Source of the DNA: an uncultured Gemmatimonadales bacterium
GTDB taxonomy: Bacteria > Gemmatimonadota > Gemmatimonadetes > Longimicrobiales > RSA9
Assembly (NCBI GenBank): GCA_963798085.1
Contig: CAWCRS010000007.1
Location: 1,664,001-1,728,000 of the forward strand
Direction: 5' to 3'
DNA length: 64,000 nt
The notes below the pieces were generated by a model that was given only the letters and a program-made list of their open reading frames with translations, had not been told where the DNA came from and ran no database searches. The translations under genes were made by a program, and so were the position numbers. This document shows, piece after piece, positions 52,582-63,067 of the stretch; positions within the stretch are counted from its first letter, which is position 1, and every line of letters begins with the position of its first letter.

Positions 52582-54179
52582 CAGTCGCCTCCCGCCGTTT
52601 CCAGCAGGGCCGGCTCGCGCAGCATGGCGCCGCGCGCGCCCACGATCTCCCAGGACAATCCGGCAAACGCGTCGCAGCTCTCGCCCAGCATCAGGAATGC
52701 GTGTGCGCCATCCGCGGGCGCGCCACCGGCATCCAGCCCGGCCAGCAGCACGCCCGCCACCTGCCACGCCGGTCGCGCCCCGGACGGCGGCCGCACGGCG
52801 GGCCAGAAGCGCTGCACGCGGCCTTCGTGATTCACGAACGTGCCATCGGCTTCGGCAAACGTTGTGACCGGCAATGTGAAATGCGCGTGACGCAGCGCCG
52901 GCGTGGCGGCGTGCGCGAATGCGACGAACAGCGTTGCATCAGAGGCGAAATCCTCACCCGCATCCGCGAGCGGATCCCCCAGCACGAGCACCACGCGGCC
53001 GCTGGTCTGCGGCAGGCCAGCCGAGCCCGCATCGTCGCCTGCACGACGGAAGCCCAGCGCGTCCAGGCCGCGCACGTTGGCCGCCAGGTCACGCCGCCTC
53101 GCCAGGCGAGGGAAACCCGGGCAGGCTTCTTCCGCCGCCGCACGCGGCGAGCGGTACACCGCCTCCACCCGGCCCAGCGACTGCGCCAGCCGCAATAACA
53201 GCCCGTTATCCTCGTTGCCCAGCAGCGCCGAGCCGATGAGCAGCACGTCTGCGCCGCCACCCAGCTTCCTGAGACGCTCCACCAGCTGCAGCACCGCCGG
53301 CTGCCAGCCCAGCGGCTCCGCCCCTTCCGTTCCCGGCACCAGCGGTGCCGGAACGCGGTTCTCCATGTTGATCCACTCGTAGTGGTGGCGTCCGTAGTCG
53401 CACATCCAGTACGAGTTCACATCGGGATTCAGGCGGGGCCGCAGGCGCATCACGAGGTCGTCGCGCGCATCGAGGCGAATGTTGCAGCCCTGCGAGCAGT
53501 TGGGGCACACCGAGGGCGTGCTGTCCAGATCCCAGACCCGGGCCTTGTGCAGGAAGTCCTTCGAGAGCAGCGCACCCACCGGGCAGATGTCGACCACATT
53601 GCCCGCCCATGCGTCGCCTTCCACGCCCTCATCGAAGAACGTGTCGATGACCGAGCGGTTGCCGCGCTGCACCACGCCCAGTCGGTCCGATTGCGAGATC
53701 TCGCGCATGAAGCGCACGCAGCGCGTGCACATGATGCAGCGATCGCCGTCGTAGAGGATGTCGCCCCCCAGGTCGTCCTGCCCGAGTACGCGCTTGGGCT
53801 CGACCGAGCGACCGTGCCGGCGGCCCTCCGCGTGCACGAAATCCTGCAGCCGGCATTCGCCCGACTTGTCGCACACGGGGCAGTCCAGCGGGTGATTCGC
53901 CAGGTAGAACTCGAGATTCCCGCGGCGGGCCTCTCTCGCCTTCTCGCCCTCCGTGTGGATGACATTGCCCTCGGCGACCGGTGTCACACACGCGGGCAGC
54001 AGCTTGGGCGCACCTTCGACTTCCACCAGGCACATGCGGCACATGGCCGGCGCGGACAGTGCCGGGTGATAACAGTAGTTTGCGATGCCGATGCCCGCCT
54101 GCTCGGCCGCTTCGATGATGCGCGTGCCTTTGGCGACCTCGATCTTCCTGCCGTTGATCGTGCAGTTGACCGTATCCAT
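52581..54179 (-). CDS. nuoG: NADH-quinone oxidoreductase subunit G (short form, 532 aa)
   Basis: CYH...CRMC, HPLDCPVCDKSGEC, CIMCTRC, CPVGAL and CPNCSQGC. Confidence 0.93.
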   Translation of the reverse strand: MDTVNCTINGRKIEVAKGTRIIEAAEQAGIGIANYCYHPALSAPAMCRMCLVEVEGAPKLLPACVTPVAEGNVIHTEGEKAREARRGNLEFYLANHPLDCPVCDKSGECRLQDFVHAEGRRHGRSVEPKRVLGQDDLGGDILYDGDRCIMCTRCVRFMREISQSDRLGVVQRGNRSVIDTFFDEGVEGDAWAGNVVDICPVGALLSKDFLHKARVWDLDSTPSVCPNCSQGCNIRLDARDDLVMRLRPRLNPDVNSYWMCDYGRHHYEWINMENRVPAPLVPGTEGAEPLGWQPAVLQLVERLRKLGGGADVLLIGSALLGNEDNGLLLRLAQSLGRVEAVYRSPRAAAEEACPGFPRLARRRDLAANVRGLDALGFRRAGDDAGSAGLPQTSGRVVLVLGDPLADAGEDFASDATLFVAFAHAATPALRHAHFTLPVTTFAEADGTFVNHEGRVQRFWPAVRPPSGARPAWQVAGVLLAGLDAGGAPADGAHAFLMLGESCDAFAGLSWEIVGARGAMLREPALLETAGGD

Positions 54180-54214
54180 CGCGTTCCCGGCGCTCCGTTC
54201 GGCTGGCCGTCGCG

Positions 54215-55510
54215 TCAGACGCCGGCCAGCGCCGCTTCGCCGCGGCGGAGGCGTGCGTCGTATTCGCTGCGGAACTTGTTCAGTGAGCTGATGATCGGCG
54301 CCGCCGCCGAATCACTCAGCACGCAGATGGTCGTGCCCGTCATGTTGCGGCCCAGTTCGACCAGTGTTTCGATGTCCGCCTCCGTGCCATCGCCTGCCTC
54401 AATGCGGCGCAGGATCCTCGCCATCCACGCGGTGCCTTCGCGACACGGCGTGCACTGCCCGCACGATTCGTGGGCGTAGAACTCGACGATGCGACGCACC
54501 TGCTTCACCATGTCGGTGCGATCATCCATCACGATCACGGAAGCCGTGCCAAGCATGCTCCCCGCTTTCGCGACACTCTCGTAATCCAGCGCTATGTCGA
54601 TCTCATCGGCGCTCAGGATGGGAACCGAGCTGCCACCCGGAATCACCGCCTTGAGCTTGTGCCCGTCGCGGATGCCACCGCAAACATCGTAGATCAGTTC
54701 CTTGAGATTGAAGCCCAGCGGAAACTCGTAGTTGCCGCGGCGCACGAGGTGGCCCGACAGGTTGAACAGCTTGGTGCCCGGGCTCTTCTCCGTGCCGAAC
54801 GAGCGATACCAGGCAGCACCGTTACTTACGATGTGCGGCACCGCGCACAGCGTCTCCACGTTGTTGATGGTGGTGGGCTGCCCGAAAGCGCCCACCGCGG
54901 CGGGGAACGGCGGCTTGATGCGGGGCTGGCCGCGCCGGCCCTCGAGTGAATTCATGAGCCCGGTCTCTTCGCCGCAGATGTAGGCGCCCGCGCCCAGGTG
55001 CAGCGTGATGTCGATGGCATTGCCGGACCCCATGACATCATCGCCGGCAATACCCGCGGCATAGACCTCCTCGATCGCGCGTGCCACGATCTGCGCCGGC
55101 TCGAAGAATTCGCCGCGTATGTAGATGTAGACGTGCCGGGCTCGGATCGCGAACGCGCCGATCAGTGCACCTTCCAGCAGCTGGTGCGGAGTCCAGCGGC
55201 ACAGCTCACGGTCCTTGAAGGCGCCCGGCTCGGACTCGTCGGCATTGATCAGCAGGTAATGCGGCTGGCGCTTGTCGTCCTTGGGCATGAAGGTCCACTT
55301 GAGACCTGTCGGAAACCCGGCGCCGCCGCGGCCGCGCAGACCGCTGCCCTTCACTTCCTCGACCACTTTTTCGCGACCGATCTCCAGCGCCTTGCGCAGC
55401 GCTTCGTAACCGCCGCGTTTCTTCCAGCCTTCGAGTGTGCGCGCCTCCGGCTCGCCGAAGTGCGCACTCAGGATGCGCGTTTCCTTTTCGTGCCGATAAG
55501 GGTAGGCCAT
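54215..55510 (-). CDS. nuoF: NADH-quinone oxidoreductase subunit F
   Basis: GRGGAGF, NADESEPG, GAYICGEET and ESCGQCTPCREG. Confidence 0.98.
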   Translation of the reverse strand: MAYPYRHEKETRILSAHFGEPEARTLEGWKKRGGYEALRKALEIGREKVVEEVKGSGLRGRGGAGFPTGLKWTFMPKDDKRQPHYLLINADESEPGAFKDRELCRWTPHQLLEGALIGAFAIRARHVYIYIRGEFFEPAQIVARAIEEVYAAGIAGDDVMGSGNAIDITLHLGAGAYICGEETGLMNSLEGRRGQPRIKPPFPAAVGAFGQPTTINNVETLCAVPHIVSNGAAWYRSFGTEKSPGTKLFNLSGHLVRRGNYEFPLGFNLKELIYDVCGGIRDGHKLKAVIPGGSSVPILSADEIDIALDYESVAKAGSMLGTASVIVMDDRTDMVKQVRRIVEFYAHESCGQCTPCREGTAWMARILRRIEAGDGTEADIETLVELGRNMTGTTICVLSDSAAAPIISSLNKFRSEYDARLRRGEAALAGV

Positions 55511-56208
55511 CAGCCCGTCCCTCCGCTGCGCCCTGCCCCGGCCGCATCCGCTTCGTCGTGCAAGCGCTGCAGAATGACCGGCACATCCGCGGCCGTCACG
55601 TTCTCGAAATAGCGCTCATTGATCTGCACCGCGGCGGGAAAGCCGCAGGCACCCAGGCATTCGGCTTCTATGATCGTGAAGCGGCCATCTTCCGAGATCT
55701 CGCCCTGTTCCGTGCCCGTCTGCTCGAGGAAGGCGGCCGCAACCTCATCCGCGCCGCACAGATTGCACGACACGTTGGTGCAAACCTGGATGAGATAGCG
55801 ACCCACGGGGCGGGTATTGTACATCGTGTAGAAGGACGCGGCGCCGCGCACCACTGCGGGCGGCAGGTCGAGGATCTCGGCCACGCGCGCCATGGTTTCC
55901 GGCGAGATGTAGCCGCGCACTTCTTCGGCGAGGTTGAGCACCGGCAGCAGTGCGCCGCGGCGGTCCGGGTAACGGGAGCGGATCTTGGCGAGCCGTTCCG
56001 CGTAAGGTCCTTCGAACAGCGGCGCATCCGGCTGTTTCTCGGCGAGCTGGTAGGGATAGGAGCAGGCCGCACCGGCGGCGCCGCCCCCGGGTGGCCGCCG
56101 TCCCACAAAGCCCGTGCCGCGCACATCCGCTTCCGTCAGGTGTGCGAACTCTCCTGTTTCCCCGGCAAACCCGGGATTCGCGCCCAGCCGCGTTCGCTCG
56201 TCAGCCAT
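55510..56208 (-). CDS. nuoE: NADH-quinone oxidoreductase subunit E with an N-terminal extension
   Basis: FYTMY, CTNVSC and ECLGAC. Confidence 0.93.
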   Translation of the reverse strand: MADERTRLGANPGFAGETGEFAHLTEADVRGTGFVGRRPPGGGAAGAACSYPYQLAEKQPDAPLFEGPYAERLAKIRSRYPDRRGALLPVLNLAEEVRGYISPETMARVAEILDLPPAVVRGAASFYTMYNTRPVGRYLIQVCTNVSCNLCGADEVAAAFLEQTGTEQGEISEDGRFTIIEAECLGACGFPAAVQINERYFENVTAADVPVILQRLHDEADAAGAGRSGGTG

Positions 56209-56252
56209 GCTCGCTGTGGTAGTCTCCCCCGCTTCGCCGGCCGCAGTAACGC

Positions 56253-57527
56253 CTAACGGTCGATTTCGCCCAGCACGATGTCGAGGCTCGCGTTCACCGC
56301 AATGACATCGGACAGCAGTCTGCCCTGCACCATGCGCGGCAGGGCCGAGAGATTGATGAAGCTGGGGCCGCGCACACGCCAGCGCACGGGCTTGGATCCG
56401 CCATCGCTCACGACGTAGTTGCCCAGCTCACCCTTCGAGCTTTCCACCGAGAACCAGCTCTCGCCGGGCGGCGCCTTCACCCCTTCCATCACCACCTTGA
56501 AGTGATGGATCATCGATTCCATGTCCGTCATGCAGTCGGTCTTGCCCGGCAGGATGACGCGTGGATCATCCACGTTGATGGGGCCATCCGGCAACCGCTC
56601 GATCGCCTGGTCCAGAATGCGCAGGCTCTGCCGCATCTCCTCCATGCGCACCAGGTAGCGGTCGTAGCAGTCGCCGTGCTCACCCACCGGCACTTCGAAA
56701 TCGTAGGTCTCGTAATCGTAGTATGGACGATCCTTGCGCACATCGTAGGTCACGCCGGAGGCGCGCAGGTTGGGACCCGACAAGCCGTAGTTGATTGCAT
56801 CCTCGTCGCTGATGATGCCCACGTCGCGGTTGCGGCCGATCCAGATCTGGTTGTTCGTGAGCAGCGTCTCGCATTCGTCGAGTGTGCGCGGCAGCGTGTC
56901 CACGAAGTTGCGCAGCTCGCTGATCCAGCCCACGGGCAGATCGGCCATCATACCGCCAATGCGCGTGGAGGATGTCGTGATGCGTGCGCCCGTCAGCGCC
57001 TCGTGCAGCGTGTAGATGCGCTCGCGCTCCTGGAAGGTGTAGAGGAACACCGTGAACGCACCAATGTCGATGGCGGTCGTGCCCAGCCACAACAGGTGAC
57101 TGAAGACGCGATCCAGCTCCATGCAGATGACGCGCACCACCTTGCAGCGTTCGGTGACCTCGATGCCCATCATCTTCTCGACCGCCATGGCGTAAGCGCA
57201 GTTGTAGATCAGCGGCGCCAGGTAGTCCATGCGATCCGTGAGCGGGATCACCTGATTCCACGAGCGGTACTCGCCCAGCTTCTCGAAGCTCGAGTGCAGA
57301 TAGCCGATGTGCGGCGTACAGTCGATCACCGTCTCGCCATCCAGCTCGAGCACCAGGCGGAGCACACCGTGCGTCGCCGGATGCTGCGGCCCGATGTTGA
57401 TGAGCATGTGCTCGCCATGCAGCTCGGGCTCCATGCCCGAAGGCAGCAGTGGTGCGTGCACCAGCTGGCCGCCCGCCGCCATCTCGGGCGTGCGCGTAAC
57501 CAGGTACTCTACCGTCTTCGTACTCAT
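56253..57527 (-). CDS. nuoD: NADH-quinone oxidoreductase subunit D
   Basis: GPQHPATHGVLRL, DRMDY and DIVLGEIDR. Confidence 0.98.
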   Translation of the reverse strand: MSTKTVEYLVTRTPEMAAGGQLVHAPLLPSGMEPELHGEHMLINIGPQHPATHGVLRLVLELDGETVIDCTPHIGYLHSSFEKLGEYRSWNQVIPLTDRMDYLAPLIYNCAYAMAVEKMMGIEVTERCKVVRVICMELDRVFSHLLWLGTTAIDIGAFTVFLYTFQERERIYTLHEALTGARITTSSTRIGGMMADLPVGWISELRNFVDTLPRTLDECETLLTNNQIWIGRNRDVGIISDEDAINYGLSGPNLRASGVTYDVRKDRPYYDYETYDFEVPVGEHGDCYDRYLVRMEEMRQSLRILDQAIERLPDGPINVDDPRVILPGKTDCMTDMESMIHHFKVVMEGVKAPPGESWFSVESSKGELGNYVVSDGGSKPVRWRVRGPSFINLSALPRMVQGRLLSDVIAVNASLDIVLGEIDR

Positions 57528-58223
57528 GACGCGTTCTCTGCGTCCCCGTGCGCCGCGGCCTCGCGCCGGATGTGCTCACCGACTTCCTCGAAGACCGCGA
57601 TTTCTTCCGGGAAGTAGTGTTCCTCCACGGTCATCGCCAGCGCCCGCCGCGTCTGCTCGGCACGACTGAAACGACCACGCAGGGGAAAATCCTTGCGCAG
57701 TGGATAACCCTCCGCGTAGCTGTCGGGCATGAGAATGCGGCGCAGGTCCGGGTGTCCGCGAAAACGAATCCCGAACATGTCCCAGACCTCGCGCTCCAGC
57801 CAGTTCGCCGTCCGCCAGATGGACACGACCGAATCGACTTCGAGCGCGTTCAGCGGCAGGCGGGTCTTCACCCGCAGTGCGCGACGATGTGGCACGGACC
57901 AGAGCTGATAGACGACCTCCAGTGGCCGGCCCCCGCCGTAGTCGACGGCCGTCAGGTCTGCGAGATAGTCGTAACGGTGTTCGGGCTCACTCTGCAGGAA
58001 CGTCAGGATCTCGACCACCTGCTCCGGCGCGGATGTGGATGACGTGCTCATCCCCCGCCATCACCGCGTGGTGCAGAATGCTGCTGCGGAAGTGTGTGAC
58101 CAGCGCCGCGACCGTCGGATGGCTGGCGGCGTCTGCCGCTTCCCCGCTCGGCGCGTCCGTCCCCGACGGCGCGCGCCCGACGTCCAACCCTTCCAGCGCC
58201 GCCTTGAAGTCCTTCTCCGCCAT
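57524..58223 (-). CDS. nuoC: NADH-quinone oxidoreductase subunit C; +1 indel near 58031
   Basis: DLTAVDY and ANWLEREVWDMFGIRFRGHPDLRRIL...PLRKDFP. Confidence 0.93.
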
Positions 58224-58874
58224 CTATGGCTTCCGGTCCGCCGGCCGCGCCAGCGCAGTGGTGCGCACGAAGCCGCTCACCCGGTTCTGCGAAGTCGAAT
58301 TGCCGAACGGCCCCGCGATCTCATCGATCACGCGATCCGGCAGATTCGGCTGGCCCGCGCGCTCCGGATCCTCTTCGCGCAGTGCCGGGTTCGTCAGCGA
58401 CTCACCCTTGATCTTCTCGTGCAGCATCAGGATCCCGTAGATCAGACCCTCGGGCCGCGGCGGACATCCCGGCACATACACATCCACCGGAATGATCGTG
58501 TCGATGCCCTGCACCATCGAGTAGACATCGAACACCCCGCCCGACGATGCGCACGCGCCCATCGAAATCGCCCACTTCGGCTGTGGCATCTGATCCCAGA
58601 TGCGACGCAGCACCGGCGCCATCTTGTAGGCCACGCGGCCGGCGCACAGCAGCAGGTCCGCCTGCCGCGGCGAGAACGCCATGCGCTCCATCCCGAAGCG
58701 CGCCAGATCATACTTCAATGCGGCCGTCGCCATCATCTCGATCGCGCAGCAGGCCGTACCGAATGGCATCGGCCACAACGAATTGCGCCGAGCCCAGTTC
58801 ACGACTTCATCGAGCCGCGTCGTCAGGAAGCTCGCCTCGCCGCTCTTCGGTACTGTCGGCAGGCTCAATCCCAT
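58224..58874 (-). CDS. nuoB: NADH-quinone oxidoreductase subunit B
   Basis: [17 protein letters not shown] and PGCPPRPE. Confidence 0.97.
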   Translation of the reverse strand: MGLSLPTVPKSGEASFLTTRLDEVVNWARRNSLWPMPFGTACCAIEMMATAALKYDLARFGMERMAFSPRQADLLLCAGRVAYKMAPVLRRIWDQMPQPKWAISMGACASSGGVFDVYSMVQGIDTIIPVDVYVPGCPPRPEGLIYGILMLHEKIKGESLTNPALREEDPERAGQPNLPDRVIDEIAGPFGNSTSQNRVSGFVRTTALARPADRKP

Positions 58875-59221
58875 TCGAGCGCTCCCTTCTTCCAGACGTA
58901 CACCAACCCCACCAGCAACACTGCAATGAACACCAGCATCTCGACAAATCCGAATACCCCGAGACGCCGGAAAAGAACACCCCAGGGAATCAGGAAGATG
59001 GTTTCGATATCGAAGATGATGAACAGCAGCGCGACCAGATAGAACTTCACCGAGAAACGCTCGCGTGTGTCGCCCAGCGGCGTCATCCCGGACTCGTACG
59101 GCTCCACCTTCACGGGTGTCGGCCGCAGCGGACTCGCAACATGCGACAGCACCACCAGCGCCAACGCATTGATCAGCGAGAGTCCCATCAGCAGCAGGAC
59201 CGGCACGTACACCGCGCGCAT
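58865..59221 (-). CDS. nuoA: NADH-quinone oxidoreductase subunit A
   Basis: [19 protein letters not shown] and KKGALEW. Confidence 0.96.
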   Translation of the reverse strand: MRAVYVPVLLLMGLSLINALALVVLSHVASPLRPTPVKVEPYESGMTPLGDTRERFSVKFYLVALLFIIFDIETIFLIPWGVLFRRLGVFGFVEMLVFIAVLLVGLVYVWKKGALEWD

Positions 59222-59243
59222 TCCCCGAGCCCGTCCCCGTACT

Positions 59244-59261
59244 TTGTGAATTCGTTCACTT
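59244..59261. promoter_or_regulatory. Rex-like operator upstream of nuoA
   Basis: TTGTGAA-TTCG-TTCACTT versus the Rex consensus TTGTGAA-N4-TTCACAA. It lies between the putative promoter and the nuoA start. Confidence 0.65.
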
Positions 59262-59275
59262 GGTACAGCCGCCCG

Positions 59276-59305
59276 AACATACCCACCCCGCCGCGCCAGT
59301 GTCAA
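59276..59305 (-). promoter_or_regulatory. Sigma-70-type promoter of the nuo operon
   Basis: TTGACA (59305-59300)-N18-TATGTT (59281-59276) on the minus strand. Confidence 0.6.
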
Positions 59306-59373
59306 GCACGGCCCGCCGCGTTGCGCATAGCCGCCCGTCGCCTGATTTTGGGCCCGGCAAAGGGGGCATCGTC

Positions 59374-59928
59374 ATGAGCATCCGCAGCGACCGCTGGATC
59401 CGCCGCATGGCGGCCGAGCAACGCATGATCGAGCCATTCGAGGCGCACCAGGTGCGCGACGGCGCCATCAGCTACGGCGTCTCATCCTTCGGCTACGATG
59501 TGCGCGTGGGTGATGAGTACAAGGTCTTCACCGACGTGCACAGCGTGATCGTGGACCCGAAGCATTTCGACTCGCGCTCGTTTGTCGACATCAAGGGTGA
59601 TCACTGCATCATCCCGCCGCACTCATTCGCGCTGGCCGCGACCATGGAGTACTTCCGCATCCCGCGTGACGTGCTCGTGATCTGTGTCGGCAAATCGACG
59701 TATGCGCGTTGCGGCATCATCGTCAACGTGACGCCACTGGAGCCCGAGTGGTGCGGCCACCTGACGCTGGAGATCTCCAACACCACGCCGCTGCCCGCCC
59801 GCATCTACAGCCGCGAAGGCCTGGCCCAGCTGCTCTTCTTCCAGGGCGATGAAACGCCCGAGATCACATACGCCCAGCGCGGCGGCAAGTACCAGGATCA
59901 GCGCGGGGTCACGCTGCCCAAGCTGTAA
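59374..59928 (+). CDS. dcd: dCTP deaminase
   Basis: [26 protein letters not shown] and [11 protein letters not shown]. Confidence 0.97.
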   Translation: MSIRSDRWIRRMAAEQRMIEPFEAHQVRDGAISYGVSSFGYDVRVGDEYKVFTDVHSVIVDPKHFDSRSFVDIKGDHCIIPPHSFALAATMEYFRIPRDVLVICVGKSTYARCGIIVNVTPLEPEWCGHLTLEISNTTPLPARIYSREGLAQLLFFQGDETPEITYAQRGGKYQDQRGVTLPKL

Positions 59929-59997
59929 CGGCCCTTGCGCTCCTCGTTGAGATCGCCCAGCGGTTCGGTCGCGGCCGCGGTCGCATCGGACTGCGGC

Positions 59998-60383
59998 GCT
60001 GGGGCTGGTTGCTGGGGCTCGTTGCTCGGGAACGGATTCTCTTAACAGCGGGCTAGGGATGGGGCTGGGGTTCGGAACTCACGATTGTCTATTTCCGCGG
60101 CATTCAGTCCAGCCTCGGGTGACGTGCGTGTGACGGCCGGCCAAATGCAGGATCCGCGCTGGCTTGAATGCCCCGCGGCCTGCCGTCCGCACCACGCAGT
60201 GCACCCTCCCTGCTCCAGCGTTTCAGCACACCGAAATGTGCGGAGCTGTGCGTTCCCGAAGGCTCCGAAACGGTGGACATTCCCCGTGACCCATACCGGA
60301 CGTGAGTTCCCAGCCCCAGCCCGGGCCCTAGCCCGCAGTTAGAAACACGTTCCCCAGCAACCAGCCCGAGCCCCAGCAACGCC
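59998..60383. repeat. Intergenic element with ~80-bp imperfect terminal inverted repeats and internal hairpins (MITE/REPIN-like)
   Basis: Exact reverse-complement blocks: 60002-60017/60352-60367 (16 bp), 60008-60020/60368-60380 (13 bp), 60048-60058/60326-60336 (11 bp) and 60074-60083/60301-60310 (10 bp). Internal stem at 60095-60113/60158-60178. Confidence 0.75.
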
Positions 60384-60387
60384 GTGC

Positions 60388-61140
60388 CTAGGCGCCGGGC
60401 CTTCGCGTTACCGCCAGGATGAGATCGCGGTTGAGGCGCGCAATGTAGTCGATGCTGATGTCCTTGGGGCAGGCGTTCTGGCAGGCGCCGTGGTTGGTGC
60501 AGTGACCGAAGCGTTCGCTGTCCATGGCGGCCACCATGGCGGTGACGCGCTGGTAGCGTTCCGGCTGGCCCTGCGGCAGGCTGGCGAGGTGTGACACCTT
60601 GGCAGCGGTGAAGAGCATGGCAGATGCGTTCGGGCAGGCGGCCACGCAGGCGCCGCAGCCAATGCACTCCGCGGCGTCCATGGCTGCGTCGGCGCCGGGT
60701 TTGGAGACGGGCGTGGCGTTGGCTTCCGGTGCGCTGCCCGTGCGCACGGAGATGAAGCCGCCTGCCTGGATGATGCGGTCGAAGGCCGCGCGATCGACGA
60801 TCAGGTCCTTGATTACGGGGAAGCCCGCGGCGCGCCAGGGCTCGATCCAGATTTCGGCGCCATCGCTGTAATTGCGCATGTGCAACTGGCAGACAGTCGT
60901 GCGCGGCAGCGGTCCGTGGGGCTCGCCGTCGATGACGAAGCCGCAGGAGCCGCAGATGCCTTCGCGGCAATCGTGGTCGAACGCGATGGGGCTCCTGCCC
61001 TGCTCCACCAGCTGATCGTTGACCACGTCCAGCATCTCGAGGAAGGAGTTGTGCTCGGTGATGCCTTCGGCCACGTAGGTCTCGAAGCGACCTTCCGTGG
61101 CCGGCTTCTCCTGCCGCCAGACGTGCAGCGTGAAGCGCAT
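60388..61140 (-). CDS. sdhB: Succinate dehydrogenase/fumarate reductase Fe-S subunit
   Basis: [20 protein letters not shown] and [12 protein letters not shown]. Confidence 0.96.
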   Translation of the reverse strand: MRFTLHVWRQEKPATEGRFETYVAEGITEHNSFLEMLDVVNDQLVEQGRSPIAFDHDCREGICGSCGFVIDGEPHGPLPRTTVCQLHMRNYSDGAEIWIEPWRAAGFPVIKDLIVDRAAFDRIIQAGGFISVRTGSAPEANATPVSKPGADAAMDAAECIGCGACVAACPNASAMLFTAAKVSHLASLPQGQPERYQRVTAMVAAMDSERFGHCTNHGACQNACPKDISIDYIARLNRDLILAVTRRPGA

Positions 61141-61142
61141 GG

Positions 61143-63062
61143 CTACTTGTAGCTCCGTTGCGAAAGGGGCACGTTCTCGAACGTCAACGGCTCGCGGTGC
61201 AGTCGGGGCCGCTCACCGACGCCGGTGAATTCCCAGACGGAGGAGTGGGCGAAGTCTTCGTCATTGCGCAGCGCCTCGCCGTCCGCGGTCTGGTGCTCGA
61301 CGCGGAAGTGGCCGCCGCAGGATTCGTCGCGCTCGAGTGCGTCGTAGCACATGAGTTCGGCGAATTCGAGGAAGTCCGCCACGCGGCCCGCGTATTCCAG
61401 CGACTGATTGAGGTCCGACGCACTGCCCGGAACGCGCACGTCGCGCCAGAACTCTTCGCGCAGCTCGGGAATGCGAGCCAGTGCCGTGTGCAGGCCTTCC
61501 GCGCTTCTCGCCATGCCGCAGTACTCCCAGAGCAGGGCGCCCAGCCGCTGGTGGAAGTCGCGTACCGGTCGCGTACCGCGCACGGCCAGCAGGGCATCCT
61601 GGCGCTTGCGCACATCGGCTTCCACTGCGCGGAACTCGGCGTTATCGGGCGAGACCGGCTCCGGCTTTGCCTGCGCGATGTAGTCGCCGATCGTGAGTGG
61701 CAGAATGAAGTAGCCGTCGGCCAGGCCCTGCATGAGGGCGCTGGCGCCCAGTCGGTTGGCGCCGTGGTCCGAGAAGTTCGCCTCGCCAATGACGTGAAGC
61801 CCCGGGACCGTGCTCATCAGGTTGTAGTCCACCCACAGGCCGCCCATGGTGTAGTGCGGCGCCGGGTAGATCCGCATGGGCACTTCGTACGGGTTCTCGC
61901 CCGTGATGTTCTGGTACATGTCGAAGAGGTTGCCGTAACGATCGGCGATCACGTCGCGGCCCAGGCGCTGGATGGCGTCGCGGAAATCCAGGTAGACGCC
62001 AATGCCGCTGGGCCCCACGCCTCTACCCTCGTCGACGACTTCCTTGGCGCGGCGCGACGCAATGTCGCGCGGCGCGAGGTTGCCGAAGCTCGGATAATAG
62101 CGCTCGAGGTAGTAATCGCGGTCCGCGTCCGGAATCTGGTTGGCGCCGCGCTTGTCGCCTTTCTGTTTCGGCACCCGAATGCGCCCGTCGTTGCGCAGCG
62201 ACTCGGACATCAGCGTGAGCTTCGATTGATTCTCGCCAGCCGGCGGAATCGAGGTCGGGTGGATCTGCGTGAAGCACGGGTTGGCAAAGCCCGCGCCCCG
62301 CCTGTGCGCGCGCCAGATTGCGGTTACGTTGCAGCCCTTGGCGTTGGTGGACAGGTGGAAGACATTGCTGTATCCGCCGGTGGCCAGCACCACGGCGTCG
62401 CCGGGAAACCCCTCGATCGCGCCGCTCACCAGGTCACGCACGATGATGCCGCGGGCCCGGCCCTGCACCAGCACCACATCCAGCATCTCGTGCCGCGCGA
62501 ACATGCGCACCGTTCCCGCCGCGATCTGGCGCTCCAGCGCCTGGTATGCGCCCAGCAGCAGCTGCTGCCCGGTCTGGCCGCGCGCGTAGAAGGTGCGTGA
62601 CACCTGGGCGCCGCCGAACGAGCGGTTAGCCAGGTGCCCGTCGTATTCGCGGGCGAAAGGTACGCCCTGCGCCACGCACTGGTCGATGATGTTCAGGCTG
62701 ATCTGCGCCAGCCGATAGACATTCGCCTCGCGCGACCGGAAATCGCCGCCCTTGATGGTGTCGTAGAACAGCCGGAACACGCTGTCACCATCGTTCTGGT
62801 AGTTCTTGGCGGCATTGATGCCGCCCTGCGCGGCAATCGAATGCGCCCGGCGAGGGCTGTCCTGGAAGCAGAAGCAGTCGACGAGGTAGCCCAGCTCGCC
62901 CAGCGTCGCGGCGGCCGCGCCGCCGGCCAGCCCCGAGCCCACCACGATAATACGGTGTTTGCGCTTGTTGGCGGGGTTGACCAGCTTCAGGTGGAAGCGA
63001 TGCCGATCCCACTTCTCTTCAATGGGGCCAGCCGGAATCCGGGCGTCGAGTTCCATGGCCAT
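61143..63062 (-). CDS. sdhA: Succinate dehydrogenase/fumarate reductase flavoprotein subunit
   Basis: [18 protein letters not shown] (covalent FAD His), QIHPT, HYTMGG and HGANRLG. Confidence 0.96.
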   Translation of the reverse strand: MAMELDARIPAGPIEEKWDRHRFHLKLVNPANKRKHRIIVVGSGLAGGAAAATLGELGYLVDCFCFQDSPRRAHSIAAQGGINAAKNYQNDGDSVFRLFYDTIKGGDFRSREANVYRLAQISLNIIDQCVAQGVPFAREYDGHLANRSFGGAQVSRTFYARGQTGQQLLLGAYQALERQIAAGTVRMFARHEMLDVVLVQGRARGIIVRDLVSGAIEGFPGDAVVLATGGYSNVFHLSTNAKGCNVTAIWRAHRRGAGFANPCFTQIHPTSIPPAGENQSKLTLMSESLRNDGRIRVPKQKGDKRGANQIPDADRDYYLERYYPSFGNLAPRDIASRRAKEVVDEGRGVGPSGIGVYLDFRDAIQRLGRDVIADRYGNLFDMYQNITGENPYEVPMRIYPAPHYTMGGLWVDYNLMSTVPGLHVIGEANFSDHGANRLGASALMQGLADGYFILPLTIGDYIAQAKPEPVSPDNAEFRAVEADVRKRQDALLAVRGTRPVRDFHQRLGALLWEYCGMARSAEGLHTALARIPELREEFWRDVRVPGSASDLNQSLEYAGRVADFLEFAELMCYDALERDESCGGHFRVEHQTADGEALRNDEDFAHSSVWEFTGVGERPRLHREPLTFENVPLSQRSYK

Positions 63063-63067
63063 GGCCG

